Part shown: positions 17,419-25,806 of the stretch, one piece after another
Numbering within the stretch: the first letter of the stretch is position 1
Layout of the letters: each line of letters starts with the position of its first letter
Source: a virus
Lineage: Duplodnaviria > Caudoviricetes
Length of the DNA stretch: 28,594 nt
Virus record (IMG/VR): IMGVR_UViG_3300020045_003705
Span: 1-28,594 of that record
Reading direction: 5' to 3' (one strand)
The notes under the pieces: model-generated
Databases searched by the model: none
What the model was told of the DNA's origin: nothing
The model's input: only the letters and a program-made list of their open reading frames with translations
Position numbers and translations under genes: made by a program

Positions 17419-17460
17419 CTTGTAATGCGCAGGTCCGGGGTCCGATTCCCCGAGTTGGCT
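17419..17460 (+). mobile_element. attP: attP core: 3' half of tRNA-Thr(UGU)
   Basis: Anticodon loop CTTGTAA, TGCGC, variable AGGTC, T arm CGGGG-TCCGATT-CCCCG, acceptor strand AGTTGGC-T; 5' half absent; 140 bp from integrase. Confidence 0.88.
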
Positions 17461-17468
17461 TACCTTTT

Positions 17469-17504
17469 AGGGCCGTCTACCGGACAAGACGGCCCTTTTT
17501 CTTT
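17469..17504 (+). terminator. Intrinsic terminator after tRNA fragment
   Basis: AGGGCCGTCT/AGACGGCCCT 10-bp stem then TTTTCTTT. Confidence 0.88.
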
Positions 17505-17602
17505 GTCCGCGTGACGCCCGTTTGCGCTATTCGCCAACCGTCAAATCAACCTTTCATCAACCCGGCCCTTGATTCCTGGCAGTCTCCGCCGATACTCGGG
17601 GT

Positions 17603-18790
17603 ATGGACTGGACGGAACGTGACGTGAAAACCTGGAAACGGGCCGACAAAGGCGGTGTGGTCTACGTCGTGATACCGGGAACGAGTGGCTGGCGAAGCTC
17701 CGGGAAGACGAAGCGGACGGCGGCTGTCGACTGGGCGCTGATCCAGGCATCCGGTAGCATCTCGGCCGACGTCACCTTTGGAGTCTACGCCCGCGACTTC
17801 TTCATTCCCGGCCTCTGTCGCCGCGTGACTCACATCGAAGGCGCACACGGGAAGAACTCGCGCCACCACTGGGACGTCCTGCGGCAACTGCTTGAGGACT
17901 ACTGCCTTCCCAAGTGGGGAGGCGTCATGTTGGCCGCATTGACCCCGCCACGCCTCTACGCTTGGCTCCTCGACCCGAAGTTGATCGGCGTGAAGACTGG
18001 TGCGCCGCTGTCTGTGGCGACCCGTAACAAGCTCCGTGTAGCAATGAAGCACGTACTGGACCATGCGGCCTTCGAAGGGATCATAGCGGGCGGCATCGTC
18101 TCGACCGTGCCCGTGCAGACCTTGGGGACCGTTGAGCCTGACCTGTTCACCGCCGACGAGATGGCACTCCTGTTCCCGGATTCGCTCGAGGAGCTTGACC
18201 GAGTGTGGGGTGGCAGGCGGTGGGCGGCTTACGGGCTGATCCTTGCCGACACGTCCGGCCCCAGACCCTCGGAGGTGCTCGCGCTCAGGTGGCGGCACTG
18301 GCACCCGGCGCATCAGGCGTTCGTCTGCTCCGAGCGCGTCGGGCGTACTGGGCAAGTCGGGCCGCTGAAGTCGTCGCGCAAGGAACGGGGGGTGAAGCGC
18401 AAGGCCCTGCTGGTCAGCACGTGGACCATGCTCATCCTAGAAGACTGGCGGCTGAAGCTCTCACCGAAACCCGACGATCTTATTTTCCCTGCCATCCGCT
18501 TCGTCAACCGTCCGGATCAGCCGATGACGGTCACGACAGCCGAGCACCACTTTGTGCGGGTGATGGTACGGGCAGGCGTCACGGCGCTCAAGCCCGGGTC
18601 AAGCGCCAAACCTCGCACCCAGTATTGCCTCAGACACGGGGCCAACACGCGGGCCCGAACGCTCCACGGTGACGCCGCCGCCCAGCTGCTACTAGGCCAC
18701 GCGCCAGGGTCGGGGATGACGGAACATTACGACCACCCTGAGGACGCCGACATGATTACTCGAGCGAAGGCGGCGCTGGGGCTGGTGTAG
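17603..18790 (+). CDS. int: Tyrosine integrase
   Basis: GPRPSE (Arg I), LKS (Lys), YCLRH (HxxR variant), LLGH, MTEHY (Tyr). Confidence 0.95.
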   Translation: MDWTERDVKTWKRADKGGVVYVVIPGTSGWRSSGKTKRTAAVDWALIQASGSISADVTFGVYARDFFIPGLCRRVTHIEGAHGKNSRHHWDVLRQLLEDYCLPKWGGVMLAALTPPRLYAWLLDPKLIGVKTGAPLSVATRNKLRVAMKHVLDHAAFEGIIAGGIVSTVPVQTLGTVEPDLFTADEMALLFPDSLEELDRVWGGRRWAAYGLILADTSGPRPSEVLALRWRHWHPAHQAFVCSERVGRTGQVGPLKSSRKERGVKRKALLVSTWTMLILEDWRLKLSPKPDDLIFPAIRFVNRPDQPMTVTTAEHHFVRVMVRAGVTALKPGSSAKPRTQYCLRHGANTRARTLHGDAAAQLLLGHAPGSGMTEHYDHPEDADMITRAKAALGLV

Positions 18791-18833
18791 GCTAAATACC
18801 ACTGAAAGGTGGGAATAAGGGTTGGGCTGGTGG

Positions 18834-18869
18834 GATTCTAAAGGCCGGGGATTCCCGGTATTTAGAATC
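18834..18869. terminator. Hairpin between convergent int and lipoprotein genes
   Basis: GATTCTAAA-g-GCCGGG-GATT-CCCGGT-a-TTTAGAATC. Confidence 0.6.
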
Positions 18870-18881
18870 TTTGTCGGTGGG

Positions 18882-19370
18882 TCACTGCTTCGTAAGCCAC
18901 TCTGTACCTGTCCACAGCTTTGTAGCTGTCGAGTCAAACGTGTCCAGGGTCACTCTTGCACTGGCTGGTTGATGATCCAACTCCACGTAACCGACAATTA
19001 CTCCGCTGTCGTTCTTGACTGGAACGCTTTTCGTCGTAAACCAAGTGATAATGTACGCGTTCTCACAATCGTCAGAGGCGTAGTAGGAGAAGTTATCTCC
19101 GTCGTCGTTTACGTAGCCTGACGACCCGGTTACCAGCCCAAGTTCGTCATAATGCACCGTGCTCCATGTTAGTCTAGTCGGGCTTAAAACGGTCATTGTC
19201 TCGACCCAAGAGTGCGTCGTCCCATCCCACATGCCTGTCACGCCAGTCCCAACCCAGGCGGTTCCAGCTAGAGGCAAGTGGTAGATGCTTACGGCGCCTT
19301 CCTCCTGGGGTAATGGACCTTGGCACGACAACAGCAAAGCTAGAATCGACACCCCGACTAACAGCCTCAT
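18882..19370 (-). CDS. Lipoprotein, beta-rich (lysogenic conversion/superinfection exclusion candidate)
   Basis: MRLLVGVSILALLLSC lipobox; downstream of repressor; visibly lower GC. Confidence 0.8.
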   Translation of the reverse strand: MRLLVGVSILALLLSCQGPLPQEEGAVSIYHLPLAGTAWVGTGVTGMWDGTTHSWVETMTVLSPTRLTWSTVHYDELGLVTGSSGYVNDDGDNFSYYASDDCENAYIITWFTTKSVPVKNDSGVIVGYVELDHQPASARVTLDTFDSTATKLWTGTEWLTKQ

Positions 19371-19508
19371 TTCACAACCCACCCATAGCTAAACCCTACG
19401 CCCACCTGTGCCCCGCGTCAAGACCGTACCGCTGTACACTTTGTTACAATCGAGAAAGTTTAATCCTTTGCCGAAACTCAAGAGAAGGTCCGTTTACTTT
19501 TCACCCGA

Positions 19509-19889
19509 TCAGGTCGCTGTTGACCCAGAGGACGAGATTTTTCCCAACTCGCGCCTCGACTTCTCGGCCAGCTTCGCTACCGTGTCAGCAAGGTCGTCCA
19601 GTCGCTCAGGCGTTAGGGCCTTGAGGTCGGCTATCAGTTCACGGTGTTCTAGCGCCCATGCGTCTACGGCGGGGTGCCTACCTGTAACGAGGTATTCGAC
19701 GGATACGCCGAGCACCTCAGCGAGGCGCTGGGCCCCTTCGGCATCTGGGAATCGATCTTTCGTAATCCAGCCCCTGAGTGTGTTGAAACTAATGGCAGGC
19801 TTTTCCTTGGTGGCCGTTTTGTAGCAGAGCCATTCTTGCTTCTGCTCCAGCCTCTTTAACTCCTCCCGAACGCGATCCCAAAAGTCCAT
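19509..19889 (-). CDS. XRE-family HTH repressor (cI-like, no peptidase domain)
   Basis: MDFWDRV..ISFNTLRGWI..P..LAEVLGVSVEYLVTG; divergent from Xis/Cro-like gene. Confidence 0.9.
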   Translation of the reverse strand: MDFWDRVREELKRLEQKQEWLCYKTATKEKPAISFNTLRGWITKDRFPDAEGAQRLAEVLGVSVEYLVTGRHPAVDAWALEHRELIADLKALTPERLDDLADTVAKLAEKSRRELGKISSSGSTAT

Positions 19890-19936
19890 ACCATCATTGT
19901 CGGCGGAAAGCTTTGTCCAAACGGCGCATTTTCCCC

Positions 19937-19964
19937 TTGACAATGTTTCCATGTGCGCTATCAT
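19937..19964 (+). promoter_or_regulatory. Rightward early promoter
   Basis: TTGACA-16-TATCAT, 7 nt before ATG 19972. Confidence 0.7.
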
Positions 19965-19971
19965 GAACACC

Positions 19972-20190
19972 ATGAACGCTCCAAATGGAAACACAGACCA
20001 ACACCCCCGGACCCTCTCCCTCCAGAAAGCCGCCGAGTACCTGGGTTGCTCGAAAGCCTTCCTCCACGGCGTCTGCAAGTCCAAAGAGATCACGCACACC
20101 CGCATCGGGAACCGCATCAAGATCACCATCCTCGACCTCGACCTCTACCGCGCCGATCACACGGTTGAGCGGCAGGAGGCGAAAGCGTGA
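19972..20190 (+). CDS. Excisionase-like winged HTH protein in the Cro position
   Basis: [24 protein letters not shown]...DLD pattern of HTH_17 family; start could be 19963. Confidence 0.85.
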   Translation: MNAPNGNTDQHPRTLSLQKAAEYLGCSKAFLHGVCKSKEITHTRIGNRIKITILDLDLYRADHTVERQEAKA

Positions 20191-20735
20191 GCACCTACAC
20201 CGCCGAGCAGCTGGGCGAGATCTTGGCGAAGCACAAGAAGTGGATCATGGATGAGGAAGGAGGCTACCGGGCCAACCTCTACGGGGCCAACCTCTCCAGG
20301 GCCAACCTCTCCAGGGCCAACCTCTCCGGGGCCAACCTCTCCGAGGCCAACCTCTCCGAGGCCGACCTCTCCAGGGCCAACCTCTCCGGGGCCAACCTCT
20401 ACGGGGCCAACCTCTACGGGGCCAACCTCTCCAGGGCCAACCTCTCCGGGGCCAACCTCTCCGGGGCCAACCTCTCCGAGGCCGACCTCAGGAACATTGG
20501 CGGCCGCGAGGTCAACACCTTCCTTTCGGTCGCCGGAATCGGCAGGGAGGGGCGTCAGACGCTCTTTTGGGTCGAGGAGGACAAGGTGTGGTGCGGATGC
20601 TTCACGGGGACTCTCGAGGCGTTCGAGGCCAAGGTCCAGGATCAGCACGGCGACAACGTGCACGGCCAGAACTACCGGGACGCCATCGCCTTTTCCGGTC
20701 GGTCGTGTCGCGGATCTCGAAGGTTGAGGGGGTGA
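20187..20735 (+). CDS. Pentapeptide repeat protein
   Basis: ILAKHKKW then about 15 A(N/D)Lxx repeats, C-terminal [12 protein letters not shown] domain. Confidence 0.95.
   Translation: MSTYTAEQLGEILAKHKKWIMDEEGGYRANLYGANLSRANLSRANLSGANLSEANLSEADLSRANLSGANLYGANLYGANLSRANLSGANLSGANLSEADLRNIGGREVNTFLSVAGIGREGRQTLFWVEEDKVWCGCFTGTLEAFEAKVQDQHGDNVHGQNYRDAIAFSGRSCRGSRRLRG
20271..20490 (+). repeat. 15-bp tandem coding repeat GCC(A/G)ACCTCT(C/A)Cnnn
   Basis: About 15 near-identical units encoding the pentapeptide repeats. Confidence 0.95.
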
Positions 20736-20739
20736 CGCC

Positions 20740-21045
20740 GTGAGCGACTCCGCAGTCCTGGAACGTCTCGACGACCTCGAGTACCTGCTCAAGAGTCACC
20801 CGGTGCGCGAGTATGTGGACACCGCTTTCGTGGCCCTCAAGCTCGGATGTACGGCGCAACACCTGCGGGTGAATCCGTGGCTCCTTCCGAATCACGGCGT
20901 GTACGACTTCCCGGCTAAGCGCACGTGGCACTTCCAGACCGTCCGCGCATGGCTCGACGTCCCGGTAGCGGTGCATCAGGCCGAGTGGGACGCGCTTCCT
21001 GCGGCGACGAAGAAGGCTGTCGCGGACAAGCGGAGGCGGGGATGA
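20740..21045 (+). CDS. Hypothetical protein, possible Xis/AlpA-like DNA binder
   Basis: GAGGGG RBS; YVDTAFVALKLGCTAQHL..RTWH..TVRAWL. Confidence 0.65.
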   Translation: MSDSAVLERLDDLEYLLKSHPVREYVDTAFVALKLGCTAQHLRVNPWLLPNHGVYDFPAKRTWHFQTVRAWLDVPVAVHQAEWDALPAATKKAVADKRRRG

Positions 21046-21293
21046 CCGCCCGCCTCGTCCTCACCATCACCGACCCCGATTACCGCGCCTTGTGGGACGA
21101 AGCCCAGTCCACCGGGAGGCCCGTCCCCGCGATCATCGCCAAGGCTGTCCACCGCTACGTCCACGGGGTGTCAAATCCCGTCAACCAAGATCGCGGAAAC
21201 CTGTCGGCTTTCTCAACCATCGTCCCCTCTCGCCCGCTCCTGGAGTGGGTCACCGTTGTCGACCCGGAGGTTGTCCATGAATCCGCTCACTGA
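21042..21293 (+). CDS. Hypothetical protein, ribbon-helix-helix-like N-terminus
   Basis: ATGA coupling; RLVLTITD..YRAL..A..GR...II..AV..Y. Confidence 0.6.
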   Translation: MTARLVLTITDPDYRALWDEAQSTGRPVPAIIAKAVHRYVHGVSNPVNQDRGNLSAFSTIVPSRPLLEWVTVVDPEVVHESAH

Positions 21294-21480
21294 GGCCCTG
21301 GCCCTGTTCACGTCGATCCTGATCGGTCTGTTGCTGGTAGCGATGCTTGCCGCCATGGCTTACTACGGCCTGGTGTACCGCGACAGGGCGGCTATGGACC
21401 GCGAGCTTGACCGGATGCATGACGAGGCGGTGCGCGTGTCGACGCAGGGAGTCTACGCCGACCCCAAGGATGCGTCGTGA
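21277..21480 (+). CDS. Small single-TM protein
   Basis: GGAGG RBS, ATG 21277, hydrophobic run ALALFTSILIGLLLVAMLAAMAYYGLV. Confidence 0.7.
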   Translation: MNPLTEALALFTSILIGLLLVAMLAAMAYYGLVYRDRAAMDRELDRMHDEAVRVSTQGVYADPKDAS

Positions 21481-21947
21481 ACGCCCTCAACCCCCACGAC
21501 CTGACGAACATCACGCTGTCGGTCCTCCATGACCTTGGCGGCTACCACGCTGGCTTCGATGGTCCCGACCGCTTCCCCGGCTTCTTCGCCTTCGGTAACG
21601 GCGACGAGCACCGCAGGGCCATCGCTCACCGCCTCGTTGCCTGCTGGAACGCCTGTCTCGGTATGGCTGACCCCGCGCTCGAAGTTGCCCGCCTCCGCGC
21701 TGGCGAACTGTCTGCGCACCTTGGCGACGGCGTTGCGGCCCTGCTGCCTGACCACCCTGACGCTTCGCACCCTGGACCGTGGCACGTGGTCGACTGCTCG
21801 GGAGATCCATCCATGGTGATGACGGTTGACGGACGGTGGGCGCTGTACCCGGATTCCGAGGCGCAGGAGTTCACGGACCTCGACCAAGCTTGCGACATCG
21901 CGCTCGGGTTTGACGGTGACGTGGTGCCCGTTGTGAGGGTCGGCTGA
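21477..21947 (+). CDS. Hypothetical protein
   Basis: AAGGA RBS, GTGA coupling; AHRLVACWNAC motif common in phage early proteins. Confidence 0.7.
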   Translation: MNALNPHDLTNITLSVLHDLGGYHAGFDGPDRFPGFFAFGNGDEHRRAIAHRLVACWNACLGMADPALEVARLRAGELSAHLGDGVAALLPDHPDASHPGPWHVVDCSGDPSMVMTVDGRWALYPDSEAQEFTDLDQACDIALGFDGDVVPVVRVG

Positions 21948-22519
21948 TGAGCACCGAGGGAAGGTCTCTCAAGATGATCGGCGACTACGATCACGACCAC
22001 CACTTCCATTACTGCATAACCCCACCCGAGAAGCGGCCGCGCTTCACGATCGACGACTGCCCGAAAGAGCATCGCGTGTACGACAACCTCAACACGTACC
22101 GCAGATCCGGTGGCACCGGGAAGCTCGTCAAGTTCTACCAGGACGTCGAGCCAGAAGCCCGGTCGGTGGCGCGCAAAGAGTCCAGAGCCGCCAAGGCGAA
22201 GGTGGCACCCAAGCGCGACCGGAGCGAGACGCGCAAGCCCAAGCCCATGGGACGGCCGACGGTGGCGAAGTTGAAGCTGTTCACCGGGACGAAGGTTCAC
22301 GAGGTCGAGCCCCAGGCTGTGCTTCGCCGTCTGCACAAGCGCCAGATCGTCGGCCAAGCCTACGAGGCCATGCGGTGCGACGGGTTCCACAAGTTCCAGG
22401 ACGGCGCGGTGGTTTGGTTCGCCGAACGCTCAGAGCCCAAGATTGTCAGCCATGCGCTGGCAAGACTGCAAGCGGGGCTGTTGTCCCGCGCGATTGAGAT
22501 GAACGCCAAGGAGGCGTAG
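21947..22519 (+). CDS. Basic hypothetical protein
   Basis: TGATG coupling; typical codon usage. Confidence 0.7.
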   Translation: MSTEGRSLKMIGDYDHDHHFHYCITPPEKRPRFTIDDCPKEHRVYDNLNTYRRSGGTGKLVKFYQDVEPEARSVARKESRAAKAKVAPKRDRSETRKPKPMGRPTVAKLKLFTGTKVHEVEPQAVLRRLHKRQIVGQAYEAMRCDGFHKFQDGAVVWFAERSEPKIVSHALARLQAGLLSRAIEMNAKEA

Positions 22520-22523
22520 TCAG

Positions 22524-23081
22524 ATGGTCGAGACTGTCATGAAGTTCAAAATGGAGACGCGCGACTGGCCTTACGTGGTCGAGTTCGAGCGGCACAACGA
22601 AGCGACGAACAAGCCTGAGCTGCTGACGTGGCGCACGGGTTCTCAGCCCAAGGGCGCACTGCTCAAGGCCGCGAAGCTGGTCGCCCGCCTGGCCCTCGAG
22701 TTCCACGGTCTGCGCGTCATCACCGACGCCGACGGCTCGATCCGTGCTCAGGCCCCTGTCAGCTTTGACCTCGCGTCGGTTACCTGGTCCGAGGGTGACG
22801 TGCCCGGGAGCAAGGTCGAAGTGTTCCTTGTCAGCCCCATCGCCCTTGAGGATACCGAGATGGTTTCCGACCTCAAGCTTCCCCTGCAAAAGGTCGACCG
22901 CTTCGACGAGACGCGCACCGTCACCGAGGGCGGTTTGCGGATGGTTCGGAGCGTCGAGAACTCGGTCAAGGACGAGTACAATGCGGCGGTCAAGCAGTTG
23001 CGCGACCTGGTGAAGGACTTCGCCCAGGGTGGAACCGAGCAAGGCGAGTTGTTCACCGAGACTCAGGCGGCCGCGCAGTGA
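22524..23081 (+). CDS. Hypothetical protein with C-terminal QGELF
   Basis: AAGGAGG RBS; coupled to next gene. Confidence 0.75.
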   Translation: MVETVMKFKMETRDWPYVVEFERHNEATNKPELLTWRTGSQPKGALLKAAKLVARLALEFHGLRVITDADGSIRAQAPVSFDLASVTWSEGDVPGSKVEVFLVSPIALEDTEMVSDLKLPLQKVDRFDETRTVTEGGLRMVRSVENSVKDEYNAAVKQLRDLVKDFAQGGTEQGELFTETQAAAQ

Positions 23082-23443
23082 GGGCGGCGACCCGCTCCCG
23101 GCTCCCGCTCGAGAAGGAGCCCCACATCGTGCAGGGCATCGTCCAGTACCTCAAGCTGTCTGGCTTCATCGTCTGGCGGCAGAACACCGGGGCGACCAAG
23201 TTCACCGACCGGACTGGCCGTGAGCAGATGGTGCGCTTCGGCTTTCCCGGCCTCTCTGACGTTCTCGGTATCCTCCCCGACGGGCGGTTCCTTGCCATCG
23301 AAGTGAAGAAGCCAGGGGGCCGAGTCAGCCCCGAACAGAAGGCGTTCCTTGAGGCGGCGACCATGAACAAGGCTTTGGCGTTCGTCGCGTTCTCGGCCGA
23401 CGAGGTTGCAGCTCGGTTTCGCGCGGAGGGCTACGTCAAGTGA
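23078..23443 (+). CDS. VRR-NUC domain nuclease (Holliday junction resolvase-like)
   Basis: E..I..YL, RQNTG, GLSD, FLAIEVK..GRVSPEQ..FL. Confidence 0.92.
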   Translation: MRAATRSRLPLEKEPHIVQGIVQYLKLSGFIVWRQNTGATKFTDRTGREQMVRFGFPGLSDVLGILPDGRFLAIEVKKPGGRVSPEQKAFLEAATMNKALAFVAFSADEVAARFRAEGYVK

Positions 23444-23610
23444 CCCAACCCGAAGCGCAGGCCCTGGTCGCCAAGTGGATGACTAACTTCCACCCCTGGG
23501 AATCGCTGGTCGAGGGAGTCGCGCGACAGTTGTGCGACCACGTGGGGGAGTTGGAGACGAGATTGACGACCGCCCAGGAGTTGGCGCGGTTGGGAGGGTG
23601 GAGAGAGTGA
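23440..23610 (+). CDS. Small hypothetical protein (56 aa, MTQPEAQAL...), not in ORF track
   Basis: GGAGG RBS; GTGA overlaps at both ends. Confidence 0.65.
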   Translation: MTQPEAQALVAKWMTNFHPWESLVEGVARQLCDHVGELETRLTTAQELARLGGWRE

Positions 23611-24317
23611 AAGGCTGGCTGATTGAACGAAGCGTAAACGGACGGGCGCTGTGGTGGTGCCCCGGACAATGCACGATCCCAGGGCATACTACCGACGCAT
23701 CCAAGGCCGTCAGATTTGCCCGGAAGGAGGACGCTGAGCTAGTCCGAAAGGAACTCATGGGCGACGAGGCTTACGTCACCGAGCACGTTTGGCAGAATGA
23801 CACCCTCACCCCCGCCGAACCAGCGGTATGGTACACACGCGCTCAAATGGTCGACGCGATGGATGCGGCTTTTGGCTGGTGGGCAGATGGCAATGACACA
23901 ACAGAAGGCGAGTCGTTCGCCAACTTTGAAGGGCGGTACCTTTCGGAGATTGCCCCCGCCCCGCAACCCGTGGACCTGAGTGGGGCGATGTACGTCCCCG
24001 GTGCCATGTGCAAGAAGCATCTGATTTACTACAAGACCAGGGACGGCGGTCAGAACAAGACCGTGCAGCACTGCCCGAAGTGCGACGATGAGAACAACCC
24101 GTTCCTCGCCCACCTCACCGCACAAGCCACGCCGCAAGTGGTGGGGAGTTGCGGATGGAGTCAAGACGAGTGGTCCGAGTCGTGGTCGGCAGGGTGTGGA
24201 TGTGAGTGGGTATTCCCCGACGGAGGCCCCGCTGAAAACGATATGAAGTATTGCCCTTCATGCGGGAAGCCCGTGAGCCTCCCCGCACCACCGACCAAAG
24301 GAGCAAGCCGTGAGTGA
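23607..24317 (+). CDS. Mosaic hypothetical protein with CxxC zinc-ribbon motifs
   Basis: GTG 23607 after GGAGG; CKKH..CPKC and C-terminal YCPSCG. Confidence 0.7.
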   Translation: MKGWLIERSVNGRALWWCPGQCTIPGHTTDASKAVRFARKEDAELVRKELMGDEAYVTEHVWQNDTLTPAEPAVWYTRAQMVDAMDAAFGWWADGNDTTEGESFANFEGRYLSEIAPAPQPVDLSGAMYVPGAMCKKHLIYYKTRDGGQNKTVQHCPKCDDENNPFLAHLTAQATPQVVGSCGWSQDEWSESWSAGCGCEWVFPDGGPAENDMKYCPSCGKPVSLPAPPTKGASRE

Positions 24318-24801
24318 TCTGAAACCGTGCCCGTTTTGTGGGGCAACGCCGCACCGACAAATGACCAAGGCAGTCAAGGTTTTTGTGAGGGATGAACCTG
24401 ACGGAACAGGCCACTACGAAAACGAACAGCATGAAGTCGCCAAATGTCCGCACGGTTGTGCAACCCTTACTCCCGACAAGTGGAACACCCGAGCCCGTGA
24501 CGCCGAGGTTGCTCGGTTGCGGGAGGCTTTGGATAACGCCCGAGAGTCCATGATGGATCTTCGCAAGGAATCGCCACGGAGTCGCCTTGTCGAGGGTATG
24601 GAGCGAACGAGGGACATAGTACGCAAAGCCCTCGCCGCCAACCCCACAAGCGAGAGGGTGGTGCCAACGGTGGAGGATGTTGCTAGACTGGTAGATTCGT
24701 GGGTACTGGACAACATTCCCAACGGTTTGCCGTACCTCGCCTACACTGACACCTTGAGCAAGGCCATCCACGCCCTGCTCCAGCGCAAAGTGGGACGGTG
24801 A
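24310..24801 (+). CDS. Lar (restriction alleviation)-like zinc-finger protein
   Basis: LKPCPFCG..C..C..WNTR signature; AAGGAG RBS. Confidence 0.75.
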   Translation: MSDLKPCPFCGATPHRQMTKAVKVFVRDEPDGTGHYENEQHEVAKCPHGCATLTPDKWNTRARDAEVARLREALDNARESMMDLRKESPRSRLVEGMERTRDIVRKALAANPTSERVVPTVEDVARLVDSWVLDNIPNGLPYLAYTDTLSKAIHALLQRKVGR

Positions 24802-25031
24802 TGACCAAGCTCGGACCGATGACCGTCTACGTGCCCCGCAAAGGCTACGCTCCCATCGATCACTGCGGCCCCGAGTGCGGCTACTTCTGCATAGGTGGTC
24901 GGTGCAACCGCTTCGCCATCGGTGAGCCGATCCGACCCTTGCCCACTGAGATGCCCGGCAGTGGGTTCCCGGAGTGGTGCCACCTGACGACGGTCCCCGC
25001 GGCTGGGGAGCTTTTCGAGGTGAAGGCGTGA
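24798..25031 (+). CDS. Small Cys-rich protein
   Basis: Coupled; C..C..C..C..PEWC; ends GELFEVKA. Confidence 0.6.
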   Translation: MMTKLGPMTVYVPRKGYAPIDHCGPECGYFCIGGRCNRFAIGEPIRPLPTEMPGSGFPEWCHLTTVPAAGELFEVKA

Positions 25032-25243
25032 CTGCTCAACTCGACTTCACCGCCGCCCTCGACTCGCCGTCCCCCAAGCCGACTCCCCACGTCTGCAGTG
25101 ACTGTCGCTGGCATAAGGCCACAGGCTCGACCTTCAACGGGTCGCCAACGTTCCACTGCACGAACCCCAGGGGCTACGGCGGAGGGATTCGCGCCGACTT
25201 CCCGATAACAGCCCACGGGTGGCGCTGCTGGGAGGGGAGATGA
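25028..25243 (+). CDS. Small Cys-rich protein starting MTAQLDF
   Basis: GAGGTG RBS, GTGA coupling; CSDC..C..C. Confidence 0.65.
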   Translation: MTAQLDFTAALDSPSPKPTPHVCSDCRWHKATGSTFNGSPTFHCTNPRGYGGGIRADFPITAHGWRCWEGR

Positions 25244-25461
25244 CCGCACAACCTGAGCTATCGTTCGGAGACATCGACCAGCGGAACACACCTGCAGGAA
25301 TGGTAGCGACCAAGAAGGGGGATCTGCAGACGACGGACAACATCTGCAATCACTGTGACTATCGCCGCCGAGGTTGCCAGCAGGGCGGCCCGTCCCTAGT
25401 GCGGTGTATGCCATGGTCCAGGCCCGACGGCGTGTCTGTGCTGTTTAGGGTTAAGCAATGA
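25240..25461 (+). CDS. Small Cys-rich protein starting MTAQPELSF
   Basis: GGAGG RBS, ATGA coupling; CNHC..C..C..RPDG.SV.F. Confidence 0.7.
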   Translation: MTAQPELSFGDIDQRNTPAGMVATKKGDLQTTDNICNHCDYRRRGCQQGGPSLVRCMPWSRPDGVSVLFRVKQ

Positions 25462-25568
25462 CCGCGCAGCTTGACTTGTTCGTCGACATGGAAGCGCCTC
25501 CCGAGGTCGAAGACTTCCCCGCCGAATGGATCGTGGCGATACGTGGCCAGCACTTCGGCCGGGTGTGA
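25458..25568 (+). CDS. 36-aa peptide starting MTAQLDLF, not in ORF track
   Basis: ATGA coupling; TGA 25566-25568. Confidence 0.5.
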   Translation: MTAQLDLFVDMEAPPEVEDFPAEWIVAIRGQHFGRV

Positions 25569-25588
25569 CAAGGTGGCGAAGCGGTGAG

Positions 25589-25762
25589 TCAGGTGTGCCC
25601 TGTTTCCGCTGGCGGCAAGAGGTCGGGGCGGTGCTCCTGAAACCACATGGTCAGGATGCGCTCAATGGCGTTGGCCCTGGTGCGCGTCTCTTCCTTCGCC
25701 AGGTTGTCAACCGACTTGATGAGTTCCGGGGGAAGTCGCAGACCAACAAACTCTTTCGCCAT
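25589..25762 (-). CDS. Ribbon-helix-helix repressor (Mnt-like position)
   Basis: FVGLRLPPELIKSVDNLAKEETRTRANAIERIL. Confidence 0.85.
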   Translation of the reverse strand: MAKEFVGLRLPPELIKSVDNLAKEETRTRANAIERILTMWFQEHRPDLLPPAETGHT

Positions 25763-25806
25763 GCTTCCATTTTCGGAGAGAATCGCCGCAAGCACTACAG
25801 AAACAA

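Noticed and set aside
17385-17460. Complete tRNA-Thr gene
   Set aside because: No 5' acceptor strand, D arm or 5' anticodon stem (GCGCA expected, ACTCC-like seen)
19890-20129. Longer 206-aa repressor
   Set aside because: Extension overlaps the divergent promoter and Xis-like gene; HTH starts at MDFWDRV
20271-20490. Tandem repeats as CRISPR array
   Set aside because: 15-bp contiguous in-frame units with no spacers; encode pentapeptide repeats
20251-20727. Pro/Thr-rich GPTSP repeat ORF and antisense EVGPG ORF
   Set aside because: Alternative frames of the pentapeptide repeat
21944-21990. Second hammerhead at CTGATGA (also 26734)
   Set aside because: These are TGATG stop-start overlaps; no stem II followed by GAAA
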